A stretch of DNA of 34,087 bases from Nitrospirae bacterium MYbin3 (GTDB taxonomy: Bacteria > Nitrospirota > Thermodesulfovibrionia > Thermodesulfovibrionales > Dissulfurispiraceae), in the NCBI GenBank assembly GCA_002753335.1, contig PEAD01000031.1:1-34087 (forward strand), read 5' to 3'. The notes under the pieces were generated by a model. It saw nothing but the letters and a program-made list of their open reading frames with translations, was not told where the DNA came from and made no database searches. Positions within the stretch are counted from its first letter, which is position 1. Every line of letters begins with the position of its first letter. The position numbers were made by a program, and so were the translations under genes. This document shows, one piece after another, positions 26,143 to 34,087 of the stretch.

Positions 26143-27026
26143 ATTATTTAGAGTGCAAGACCTGCGAGAAGAAGGCCGGCTGGATTGCGGTCTTTTCTAA
26201 TCTTGGACTTGCTGTTTTCAAGCTTATAGTCGGAATACTGAGCGGCAGCAAGGCGGTAATCGGCGATGCCTTGTATTCTTTCAAGGATTTTTTTATTGCC
26301 CTCGTTGTTCTGGCCGGAATAAGAATATCAGGAAAACCGCCGGACGAGAACCATCCATACGGCCACGGCAAGATAGAGTTTGTGGCGATTTTCTTTATAA
26401 GCCTGCTGATTATTATCGGTACATTTTTCTTGTTTATTCATTCGGTAAAAGATGTCTGGATGGTTATACAGGGTATATCAACGCCTCATCCCAAGTTTAT
26501 CGCTTTTTGGGCCGCGATTATTTCTGTTGTTGCGAACTATAAACTAGCAAACTATCTGCATTGTGTTGGCGAAAGGGTCCAAAGCCCTGCCATGCTGGCT
26601 AATGCAAAACATAATCATTCCGACGCAGTTTCTTCGGCATTTGTTGCTGTAGCTGTGCTTCTGACCTCGTTCGGATGGTATATCGTGGACCCGCTCGTAG
26701 CGGTAATAGAAACGGTGGACCTTATCATGCTTTGTGTGAATATGATGAAAGACACTATGAAGAGCCTGCTTGATTCGTCATTGGACAGCTCTATAATGAA
26801 GCAGATAGAGTCAACCGCACAGCTCGTTCCGGGCGTCAGGAAGGTTTCATCCCTGACCGCGCGCAAGACAGGTCAGAGTATCTGGATAGACATGATAATA
26901 AAGATAGACCCGCGCCATACACTTGACAACGGATACAAGATAAGCCGTCAGGTTGAGGATACGCTGATGAAGCGCATAAGAGGCATAGGCGGTGTGCATA
27001 TCGCGGTGGAGCCTTATACGCCATGA
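26115..27026 (+). CDS. mamM: Magnetosome CDF transporter MamM
   Basis: N-terminal CxxC, GSKAVIGDALYSFKD (the Y..D variant typical of MamM), PPDENHPYGHGKIEF, SPAMLANAKHNHSD. Confidence 0.88.
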   Translation: MHKLPQTNLNYLECKTCEKKAGWIAVFSNLGLAVFKLIVGILSGSKAVIGDALYSFKDFFIALVVLAGIRISGKPPDENHPYGHGKIEFVAIFFISLLIIIGTFFLFIHSVKDVWMVIQGISTPHPKFIAFWAAIISVVANYKLANYLHCVGERVQSPAMLANAKHNHSDAVSSAFVAVAVLLTSFGWYIVDPLVAVIETVDLIMLCVNMMKDTMKSLLDSSLDSSIMKQIESTAQLVPGVRKVSSLTARKTGQSIWIDMIIKIDPRHTLDNGYKISRQVEDTLMKRIRGIGGVHIAVEPYTP

Positions 27027-27748
27027 CAGAAAATAACATGAAAGACTTTGGCTGGTTTGACAGTCTGTTGACCTTATCAGGTACTAGCCTTCCGGCCATA
27101 AAGAAGGAAGTTCGGGAGATGCTCAAAGAGTATGATCTGAGATACGGCAGCGAAAAGTCCAAGAGACACAGGGCCTATAAAGTCAGCAGCAGTCTTATAA
27201 GGCAGGCTGCATTCAAGACCGCAGGAATGGGCGGGCTTACCAGCGTGCCTGCCACATTGCCTGGAATCGGCACTATCGGCACTGTGCTTCTCGGCAGCGC
27301 TGTTGATCTCTATTATCTTTTGAGGGTCCAGATAGAATTATGCTATGCCATATCGGTAGTTTATGAAACAACCGTGGACGAGGATGAGCTGAAGGCGATT
27401 ACGCTTGCCTTGCTCGGTTTTTCGGGATCAACAGAAGCCTTGAAAGCGGTGGCAGCAGGAACTTTCAGGCGTGTCATAGATGAGGCTGCTGAAGGATATA
27501 TAAGAAATGGCCTTACCAAAGCAAGTTCTGAGGTGGCAGAGAGACTAATCCCTAGGCTCTTGAAAAATACATATAAGATTATTCCATTACTTGGAATTCC
27601 TTTGGGTGCAACCATTAATATAGTTTCTACATTGACGGTTGGAAGGCAGGCAAGAAATTATTTTGCTGTTTTGTCAGGCGATGAGTTGTCTGCGGATGCG
27701 CCAAAAAGTTTTAACGGAAACTATGCAGAGGCTGGCGGGCTTGAGTGA
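27023..27748 (+). CDS. mad31: EcsC-like membrane protein (Mad31 position)
   Basis: EcsC-like pattern (A..GGLTSVPATLPGIGT...DL...Q...IPLLG..LGA.IN...VG..A); lies between mamM and mamQ. Symbol from synteny. Confidence 0.55.
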   Translation: MTENNMKDFGWFDSLLTLSGTSLPAIKKEVREMLKEYDLRYGSEKSKRHRAYKVSSSLIRQAAFKTAGMGGLTSVPATLPGIGTIGTVLLGSAVDLYYLLRVQIELCYAISVVYETTVDEDELKAITLALLGFSGSTEALKAVAAGTFRRVIDEAAEGYIRNGLTKASSEVAERLIPRLLKNTYKIIPLLGIPLGATINIVSTLTVGRQARNYFAVLSGDELSADAPKSFNGNYAEAGGLE

Positions 27749-27760
27749 GAAGAATTCAAT

Positions 27761-28336
27761 ATGATAGCGAAGATCAGACGCAATATTCTTTATGTCGGGG
27801 CGGTTGTAATATTTCTCCTGTTTATGGTCTCGAAGCTTGTTTACAACAAGATGATAGACGAAGAGCATTTTATGCATATATCCCACGGCAAGCTCGAAGC
27901 CGCGCTTCACAAGAGGGAAGACCTGAACAGGAATGCGCTCAAGGCGGTAAATGTTTATGTGGAGATGGAAGGCGAGCTGATGCACCGTCTTATGACTCTT
28001 GCGAAAGAGGTGAAGTCAGGAGCGAACGCTGCGAGGATTGCGGCTATGAGAAACGATATAGAGCGTCTTATAAGCTCGATGGATGTATTGGTTATGATGT
28101 CGCCTCATCTCAAATCAAAAGGGCCTTATATACATCTGATGGAAACCTTCAAATCCACAGAGAACGAGGTGCTGGCGGCGCGTCTGCAGTACAATACTGC
28201 GGTGTGCGAATATAATATGTTTTTAGATAAGTTTCCATATAGGCTAGTAACATTGGTTTATGGTTTTAAAAAAGCTGCTCTTTTTGAGAAGTCGGAAGGG
28301 ATAGAGGTTGCGCCTGATGTCAGCAGTGGTACATAG
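27761..28336 (+). CDS. mamQ: LemA-family magnetosome protein MamQ (copy I)
   Basis: TM then YN; KREDL, PHLKS, STENEVLAARLQYNTAV.EYN...FP LemA signature. Confidence 0.85.
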   Translation: MIAKIRRNILYVGAVVIFLLFMVSKLVYNKMIDEEHFMHISHGKLEAALHKREDLNRNALKAVNVYVEMEGELMHRLMTLAKEVKSGANAARIAAMRNDIERLISSMDVLVMMSPHLKSKGPYIHLMETFKSTENEVLAARLQYNTAVCEYNMFLDKFPYRLVTLVYGFKKAALFEKSEGIEVAPDVSSGT

Positions 28337-28356
28337 GCTATGAAGAGAGAGAGATT

Positions 28357-29259
28357 ATGAAATACGCTGAATGTGAGAGATGCGGCAAGTTGTCCCCTCG
28401 CTGGAGTGTGGTGGGCAATCTCTCGATGTGCGTCTTTAAATTCGTTGTGGGTATGCTTACCGGCAGCAAGGGGCTGATTGCGGATTCACTGCATTCTGTT
28501 GCTGATGCTATTTCCTCTATCTTTGTCCTTATAGCATTAACCGTATCGGACAAGCCGAAAGACAAGCACAGGCCGTTCGGTTACGGCAAAGTCGAATATA
28601 TCAGCACCATATTTGCCAGTCTTTTTATTTTTGTCTGTGCTGTAACGGTGCTTATAGATGCGCTTGAGAGCATAAAGAGCGGTGTGAATAGGGTGCCTGA
28701 CAACGGAGCTATATTTGCTACACTGCTGTCTCTGGCATTCAGCTGGCTTATGTATTCATCCAACACCTGCGCAGGAACCCAGCTTAACAGCCCTGCCATG
28801 CTTGCTGACGCTGCCGAGAGCAAGGCCGATAGCCTTACATCAGTGGCTGTGCTTGTCGGACTTATAGGTACGAAGTTAGGTTTTGCGAGCGCTGATAATG
28901 TGTCTGCCATTGTGGTGGCAGCTTTTATATTCCATATCGGTACAGAGATGTTTTTGAGCGGAGTGCACGGCCTGATCGATGTGTCTATGGACAGCGCTTC
29001 TTTAGAGCAGGTAAGAAGGATATGTCTTGGTGTGAAAGGCGTAGAGGGGGTTAAGGGCATAAAATCCCGCCAGATGGGACAGAAAAATCATCTTAATATT
29101 GATATAGAAATCTTGCAGTCGGTAACTGTTTTTGAAGCCCATGAGATAGCGAACAGGCTTAAAACAGCCGTGAAGAACAATCTAGAAGGTGTTGATGAAA
29201 TTTTTGTACGCACAATACCTATACAAAAACTGAGCTTCTTTAAAAAAGCCAACAATTAA
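28357..29259 (+). CDS. mamB: Magnetosome CDF transporter MamB
   Basis: MKYAECERC start, GSKGLIADSLHSVAD (HxxxD), PFGYGKVEY, SPAMLADAAESKAD. Confidence 0.9.
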   Translation: MKYAECERCGKLSPRWSVVGNLSMCVFKFVVGMLTGSKGLIADSLHSVADAISSIFVLIALTVSDKPKDKHRPFGYGKVEYISTIFASLFIFVCAVTVLIDALESIKSGVNRVPDNGAIFATLLSLAFSWLMYSSNTCAGTQLNSPAMLADAAESKADSLTSVAVLVGLIGTKLGFASADNVSAIVVAAFIFHIGTEMFLSGVHGLIDVSMDSASLEQVRRICLGVKGVEGVKGIKSRQMGQKNHLNIDIEILQSVTVFEAHEIANRLKTAVKNNLEGVDEIFVRTIPIQKLSFFKKANN

Positions 29260-29273
29260 AAGGAGGATAGTAA

Positions 29274-29918
29274 ATGCCGTTTGATATGGATTTTAATGAT
29301 GTGAAGGTGCTTTTAAAGACTGTCACCACTAACAGCAAAAAAGCGCTTGATAAAATGACCGACAGATACAACAACTTTTTGACACTGAACCCTGATGATG
29401 CAAAGCAGGTGTATCTTAATTCGGGCAGAAAGTCTATGGCGGCTGGTGATTATGAAGGAGCTATCAAGACCTACAGAAAGCTTTTGGAATTTGATCCCGC
29501 TAATATCGAAGCCCTTTCTGAACTGGGCAAAGCATATATCAAGGTAGGGCTTCTCAACGATGCTGTTGAACTGCTCGAAAAAGCGAGGACCGTTGACCGC
29601 AGCTCTGCGCAGATATGCTTTTATCTTGGGTCCGCCTATTTTATGGAGGACAAGAACAACGAAGCGCTGAAGGCCTTTCAGGAGGCGATAAGGATTGATC
29701 CCGGATATGTTGAGGCCCATTACAAGTTGGGGTTGGTATATGACAGCATGCAGGACCACGATAAGGCGATAGATGCGTATAAGAAGGTTACAGCGCTTAA
29801 CCCTGATTTTATCAAGGCCTACCAGAGCCTCGGACTTGCTTATGAAGGCAAGGGCCAGAGGGATGAGGCGATAAAATATTTCAAGAAGGCGTTGGAAAAG
29901 GAAGAGAAGGGCCTTTAG
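29274..29918 (+). CDS. mamA: TPR protein MamA
   Basis: About 5 consecutive TPR repeats; located between mamB and mamI. Confidence 0.88.
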   Translation: MPFDMDFNDVKVLLKTVTTNSKKALDKMTDRYNNFLTLNPDDAKQVYLNSGRKSMAAGDYEGAIKTYRKLLEFDPANIEALSELGKAYIKVGLLNDAVELLEKARTVDRSSAQICFYLGSAYFMEDKNNEALKAFQEAIRIDPGYVEAHYKLGLVYDSMQDHDKAIDAYKKVTALNPDFIKAYQSLGLAYEGKGQRDEAIKYFKKALEKEEKGL

Positions 29919-29963
29919 ATATGAGTTATAGAGAAACAATAAAAATACAGGAGGGAATTTGAC

Positions 29964-30191
29964 ATGTCGAGTATAGTATTCGGACTGATAGCAATGTGTA
30001 TTGGTTTGTGGGGTATGGTGGCTTATTGGTGGTATGTGGTGGATGTATTTTTGGCGATTTTGCCGGTGATTTTGTTGTTTGGCGGCTTTATCGCACTGAT
30101 GGCGGGCATTAAGAAAACCGGCATCAGAACAAAGCTGACAAATGGCAGCAAGAAGACAGTCGAAGATGACACTATTACAGAAAAGCGGTAA
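29964..30191 (+). CDS. mamI: Magnetosome membrane protein MamI
   Basis: MSSIVFGLIA..IGLWG..AYWW.V..FL..LPV.L.FG..AL.AG closely matches the MamI pattern. Confidence 0.9.
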   Translation: MSSIVFGLIAMCIGLWGMVAYWWYVVDVFLAILPVILLFGGFIALMAGIKKTGIRTKLTNGSKKTVEDDTITEKR

Positions 30192-30214
30192 TTTGACCGG
30201 TTTAGGAGCTTTAT

Positions 30215-32008
30215 ATGAATGAAATGAATGGTTCAAAAAAACAGATAGGCGGGCAACAGATGCTGCCGAGTTGTCCAAAGAGCTTTAAGCCTTGGATACT
30301 GACACTGCTTCTTCTGGCGCTGCTTACCCTCGGATGGGTGGCGTTCGAAAGCTATCAGGACGGCGGCACCGTGGCCAAACTGTTTGAGCGCGATGATCCG
30401 GGCAAGATGCTTCGGGAAGGCAGAGGCACCGCATCTAACTATAATGCTGTCAATCTGCCGATGGTCAACACGATGCAGAGCAGTTACCACACCATTATCG
30501 ATGCTGTGCGCCCTGCTCTGGTAAGCATTGATGTTGCGGTAGCCGGTCCGGTGGCTATGGATCAGGGCATCCCTAATCAGGTGGCCGGCAATGTTAATGC
30601 TGTAGCAGGTGCTCCTGTAACCAACTACACGAGGGTCGGTTCTGGTGTGCTCATTTCTGACATGGGTTATGTTCTTACGAGCTATCATGTGATAGAGAAC
30701 GCGACCGCCATGAAGGCTACGGTATATGGAGCGGGCGGTGCAACCGAATATCCGCTTAAGCTTGTTAATGTTGACAGGACAACCGACCTTGCGCTTATGC
30801 GGTTGATGGGCAACGGGCCGTTTCAGCATGCTGTTTTAGGAGATTCTGATACAGTCAGGACAGGGGATGTGGTTTTAGCTATGGGAAGCCCTTTTGGGTT
30901 TGACCAGACCATAACAACCGGAATCATCAGCAGCAGGAACAGGACAGTTACTATCGGCGGCAGAGTGTTTGAAGGCATGATACAGACAGACACACCGATT
31001 AATCAGGGCAACAGCGGAGGCCCTCTGGTAAACGCACGAGGAGAGGTCATAGCCATCAATACAGCTATTTACTCTCCCACAGGCGCTTTTAGCGGCATCG
31101 GATTTGCGATTCCGGTCAATCAGGCAGCGTCGCTTGTTGGCGGTGTTGTTGATTTTGGCGGAGCGCTCCCTCAGGTGGCGGGCGGACAGTTGGCAGCATG
31201 GGCAAGAAGCGGAAGACAGACAGGAAATTCATACAAGATGCCGAATGGCAAGATAATAACCCCGCCGCATCCGTTCAGGGGTAAATGTGTAGACTGCCAC
31301 CCGCAGTTGTGTCCGACACCGGGGCAGGGCGCAGGTATGGGGCTTATGGGCAATAATACTTTTCCTGTTGCAGGACAGGGCGGTTTGACCGCAGACCCTT
31401 ATTTAGGGGCATCGCTTTTGGATGTGAATGATGTCATAGCAAAGCAGTTCAAGTTGGCACATGCAGGCGGTGTGCTGGTTGACAACGTAGCGCCCGGTTC
31501 TCCGGCAGAAATGGCAGGCATACAGAGAGGCGATGTTATCCTCAGATTTGATGGCCGCAGACTGCAGAACATTGCCGAGCTTCAGAGCATACTGTCAACT
31601 AAAAAGGTTGATACTAAGGCTGAGCTGGTTTTGATGAGCGGCGGCATGAGAAAGACGGTAAAGATAAAAGTAAAAATAAAAGTAAAGGCTGATAATGTGC
31701 CTATGATGCCCAATCCGGGACCAAAGGTCAAGCAGCCGGGTGAATTTGAGTGGTTGGGCGCAGAGATAATACCTCTGATACCGGCTATGCAGGGCTTTGT
31801 GAATTCCGGCGTCTATGTGGCTGAAGCCGGAGGAGTGTTGGGCGCAGCAGGGTTGATGCGAGGCGATGTCATAAAGTCGGTCAATAATCATGCGGTTCCG
31901 GATATGAACTCTTTCATCAAAATCGCTAAGAAGCTTAATGTGAAAGACGGATTTGTTTTTGATGTTATCCGTTCCGGAAAACCGACTTACATAATAGTGA
32001 AGGGATAG
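30215..32008 (+). CDS. mamE: Magnetosome HtrA-like protease MamE (TM, trypsin, one magnetochrome, 2 PDZ)
   Basis: Catalytic triad TSYHV / DLAL / GNSGG; PHPFRGKCVDCH magnetochrome; two PDZ domains. Confidence 0.93.
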   Translation: MNEMNGSKKQIGGQQMLPSCPKSFKPWILTLLLLALLTLGWVAFESYQDGGTVAKLFERDDPGKMLREGRGTASNYNAVNLPMVNTMQSSYHTIIDAVRPALVSIDVAVAGPVAMDQGIPNQVAGNVNAVAGAPVTNYTRVGSGVLISDMGYVLTSYHVIENATAMKATVYGAGGATEYPLKLVNVDRTTDLALMRLMGNGPFQHAVLGDSDTVRTGDVVLAMGSPFGFDQTITTGIISSRNRTVTIGGRVFEGMIQTDTPINQGNSGGPLVNARGEVIAINTAIYSPTGAFSGIGFAIPVNQAASLVGGVVDFGGALPQVAGGQLAAWARSGRQTGNSYKMPNGKIITPPHPFRGKCVDCHPQLCPTPGQGAGMGLMGNNTFPVAGQGGLTADPYLGASLLDVNDVIAKQFKLAHAGGVLVDNVAPGSPAEMAGIQRGDVILRFDGRRLQNIAELQSILSTKKVDTKAELVLMSGGMRKTVKIKVKIKVKADNVPMMPNPGPKVKQPGEFEWLGAEIIPLIPAMQGFVNSGVYVAEAGGVLGAAGLMRGDVIKSVNNHAVPDMNSFIKIAKKLNVKDGFVFDVIRSGKPTYIIVKG

Positions 32009-32023
32009 AGGAACAAAACTTAT

Positions 32024-32740
32024 ATGGCTGAAGACGGCTTAAACAAAATTATCAAAAGGGTATATGCTGAGGATCTCGAGCTGATCGAGAAGCAGAGCGA
32101 CCTTACGATACGGAAGCAGCAGCTTCTCCAGATGCTGAAGGAGAAGCTCTGGACAGACCATTCCTCAGCCATTAAGGTAGCAATAGTCTCTTTTGGCCTC
32201 GCTGTTATTTCGGCCGGTATTTATTATTACAACTTCTTTACCCTCAATTCCTATCAGGCTATGCAGGAGAGGGCCAATGTAGAGGCGCATTTGCAGAGAA
32301 GGAGCGATCTTATACCGAACCTTGTAAAGAGCGCGGGCAGCTACCTGACTTATGAAAAGAACATATTCGGCCACATAGCCGAGATACGAGGAGCTGTGGC
32401 CGGCATGAAGTCTTTGGAGCAATCGATGTCCGGCATACAGGACAGGTCGGTGCTCTCGAAGTTTCAGGCGGTTGCCGAAGCCTATCCTGCATTAAAGGCC
32501 TCCGAAGCTTATACGACGCTCATGAAAGAACTGAGCGATACAGAGACTAAGATAGCAGATAGCCGTATAAAATATAATCAAATCGCAAATTATCACAACT
32601 CGAGATTGCAGATGTTTCCGGCGGTTATCTTCAACACATTTATTTTCCGTTTTAAACCGCTGCCTGTATTTGAATCGAACAAAGCGCCGGTGCCTGATGT
32701 ACAGCAAAGGCACGAGCAGGCTGTAAATAAGGCAAATTAA
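32024..32740 (+). CDS. mamQ: LemA-family MamQ (copy II)
   Basis: YYYN after TM; LQRRSDLIPNLV, AVAEAYPALKA, ETKIA.SR..YN, FP. Confidence 0.87.
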   Translation: MAEDGLNKIIKRVYAEDLELIEKQSDLTIRKQQLLQMLKEKLWTDHSSAIKVAIVSFGLAVISAGIYYYNFFTLNSYQAMQERANVEAHLQRRSDLIPNLVKSAGSYLTYEKNIFGHIAEIRGAVAGMKSLEQSMSGIQDRSVLSKFQAVAEAYPALKASEAYTTLMKELSDTETKIADSRIKYNQIANYHNSRLQMFPAVIFNTFIFRFKPLPVFESNKAPVPDVQQRHEQAVNKAN

Positions 32741-32748
32741 AGAGCGAG

Positions 32749-33135
32749 GTGACAACTATGGACATTAATGAGAGAGATGCTGTACTGGATAGGGTAGTTA
32801 GTTCCATAGGTGAAATGGAGGACTTTTTTTCTAAGGCTTCTCCTTCCGCCGCAATACTCAAAGAGTCCAAAGAGATGGCTGAAGAGCTCCTGAAAAATTT
32901 TCAGGAAGAACTCCGCCGCAGGGAAGAGGATTCGGGCAAAATCAGGATGGAATTCACCACGTTACGCAAGGAGCTAGACGAAGCTTTGAAAGCTAAGACG
33001 ACTATTCTGGCCATGACCGAACAGTTGGAGAGCTTGAAGCTCGATTCTGCAAAGGCCTTTGAAGAGAGGGACAAGGCCAGCGCAGAGGTTAAGAGGATGC
33101 AGGACCTCTGGCAGAAATTTACCTCGGGTGAATGA
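32749..33135 (+). CDS. Coiled-coil protein (Man4 position)
   Basis: E/K-rich heptads; follows mamQ-II directly. The start may be GTG 32749 or ATG 32758. Confidence 0.7.
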   Translation: MTTMDINERDAVLDRVVSSIGEMEDFFSKASPSAAILKESKEMAEELLKNFQEELRRREEDSGKIRMEFTTLRKELDEALKAKTTILAMTEQLESLKLDSAKAFEERDKASAEVKRMQDLWQKFTSGE

Positions 33136-34087
33136 CGATGGAAAAGAAGGGATATATCCACATAAAAGATGAAAGACGGGGGCAGGGCTCTCACTTTGCG
33201 CCTCTTGCCAAGCATGATGGAATGGCTGCAGAGGAAGTGGAATATCTTCGCAGGTTAAGCGAAGAGCTTACCGAAGATATGGCTGCTATGTCCTCGGAGT
33301 TGGGCTATCTCAATAAACAGCTTGAGATCTCGGATAAAAAGGTTCAGCTGAGGGCCTTGTATGCAGAGCAGGCAGAGAATGAGGCCGGCATACTGAAGCT
33401 GCAAGGAGATTTGGCACAGCTGAAAACGGCGTGTTCCGAGTTCCATTTTGATACTGATACCTCACGCATTGAAGAGGATTTTTCACGCGCCAGTTCCGAA
33501 ATTGATCGGTTCAATGAAAAGCAGGAGAGGCTGGGCAGGGAGTTGTCAGCTCTGCAGAAAGATGCATTAGCTTTTGAACAGGGCATTGCCGAGAGCAGGG
33601 ACAAGCTAAAGGAGAATGAAGCAGTCAGGGCAGAAAAAGAGGCTGAGCTGAACAGGCTTTCTTCAAAGAATGCAGGGCTTGAACGCCTTGAAGCCTCGCT
33701 TTCGAAATATAAGACCAGCGCGAATGACAACACATACACATCCGAGATAGCTTTCTTGTCGGACAGGCTGACAAAAAATGATGGTGCGGCACAGGAGCTG
33801 GCTATGCGCCTTGACAAGGACTTCGACAGCTTGGGAGGAGAAGCAAGCGATTTAGTGCGTCTTTTAGTTTCCAAATTATCTCTTGTGCCTGAGTTGAAAG
33901 AAAAGGACCAGCGGCTCTCATCTCTCGAAAAAGAGAGCGATGATCTGCAGAGCAGAATAGGGGCTGAGTCCACCGAACTGCTCAGACTCAGAACCCTCAA
34001 CCTTGAGGACAAGGCTAAAGTTGCTAAATTAGAAAGCTCCTTGCGCACAGATGAATCGAATGAGGCTATCATCCGTTTTATCTCTGC
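33132..34087 (+). CDS. Long coiled-coil (SMC-like) protein, Man5 position, 3'-truncated by the window edge
   Basis: ATGA overlap with the previous stop; reads MTMEKKGYIHIKDERRGQGSHFAPLAKHDGMAAEEVEYLRRLSEELTEDM... and stays open and heptad-rich to the end. Missing from the ORF track because it has no stop in the window. Confidence 0.85.
   Translation, partial: MTMEKKGYIHIKDERRGQGSHFAPLAKHDGMAAEEVEYLRRLSEELTEDMAAMSSELGYLNKQLEISDKKVQLRALYAEQAENEAGILKLQGDLAQLKTACSEFHFDTDTSRIEEDFSRASSEIDRFNEKQERLGRELSALQKDALAFEQGIAESRDKLKENEAVRAEKEAELNRLSSKNAGLERLEASLSKYKTSANDNTYTSEIAFLSDRLTKNDGAAQELAMRLDKDFDSLGGEASDLVRLLVSKLSLVPELKEKDQRLSSLEKESDDLQSRIGAESTELLRLRTLNLEDKAKVAKLESSLRTDESNEAIIRFIS

Noticed and set aside
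27745..28215. 156-aa alternative-frame ORF overlapping mamQ-I
   Set aside because: Same-strand overlap with a frame that carries the clear LemA signature.
29313..30278. 321-aa minus-strand ORF
   Set aside because: Antisense shadow of mamA/mamI with no recognisable motifs.
33344..34072. 242-aa Ser/Leu-rich minus-strand ORF
   Set aside because: Antisense shadow of the open plus-strand coiled-coil gene.
1..34087. Integrase, transposase, tRNA or rRNA marking island boundaries
   Set aside because: None recognisable in the window, so horizontal acquisition of the cluster cannot be claimed from this sequence.

Overview
Bacterial DNA of roughly 45% GC by eye. The right half holds a magnetosome gene cluster with the gene order known from magnetotactic Nitrospirota: man1-like, mamK, man2/mamL-like, mad10-like, a small man3-position ORF, mamP, mamM, EcsC/mad31-like, mamQ-I, mamB, mamA, mamI, mamE, mamQ-II, then man4- and man5-like coiled coils running off the window end. 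Upstream lies a divergent pair of units: feoB plus a DtxR-FeoA regulator on the - strand, and a mad28-like actin, a degenerate receiver protein and a MinD/ParA ATPase on the + strand. A two-component pair, a Phd-PIN toxin-antitoxin module and two hypothetical genes separate these from the mam operon. The left part has rarA, nagA and a long - strand signalling block (two HDOD proteins, two hybrid kinases, a CheY-like regulator), with a TerY-P triad (vWA/PP2C/kinase) and an extra Zn-ribbon/FGE-sulfatase gene nested inside it. Non-coding signals include REP/MITE-like CACAGAG palindromes flanking the ATPase gene, a C11 tract in a candidate promoter of the mam operon, a perfect 35-bp direct repeat before mamP, and a candidate DtxR operator. 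The mam assignments rest on recognisable motifs. The man/mad names rest mainly on recalled synteny and need a homology search.
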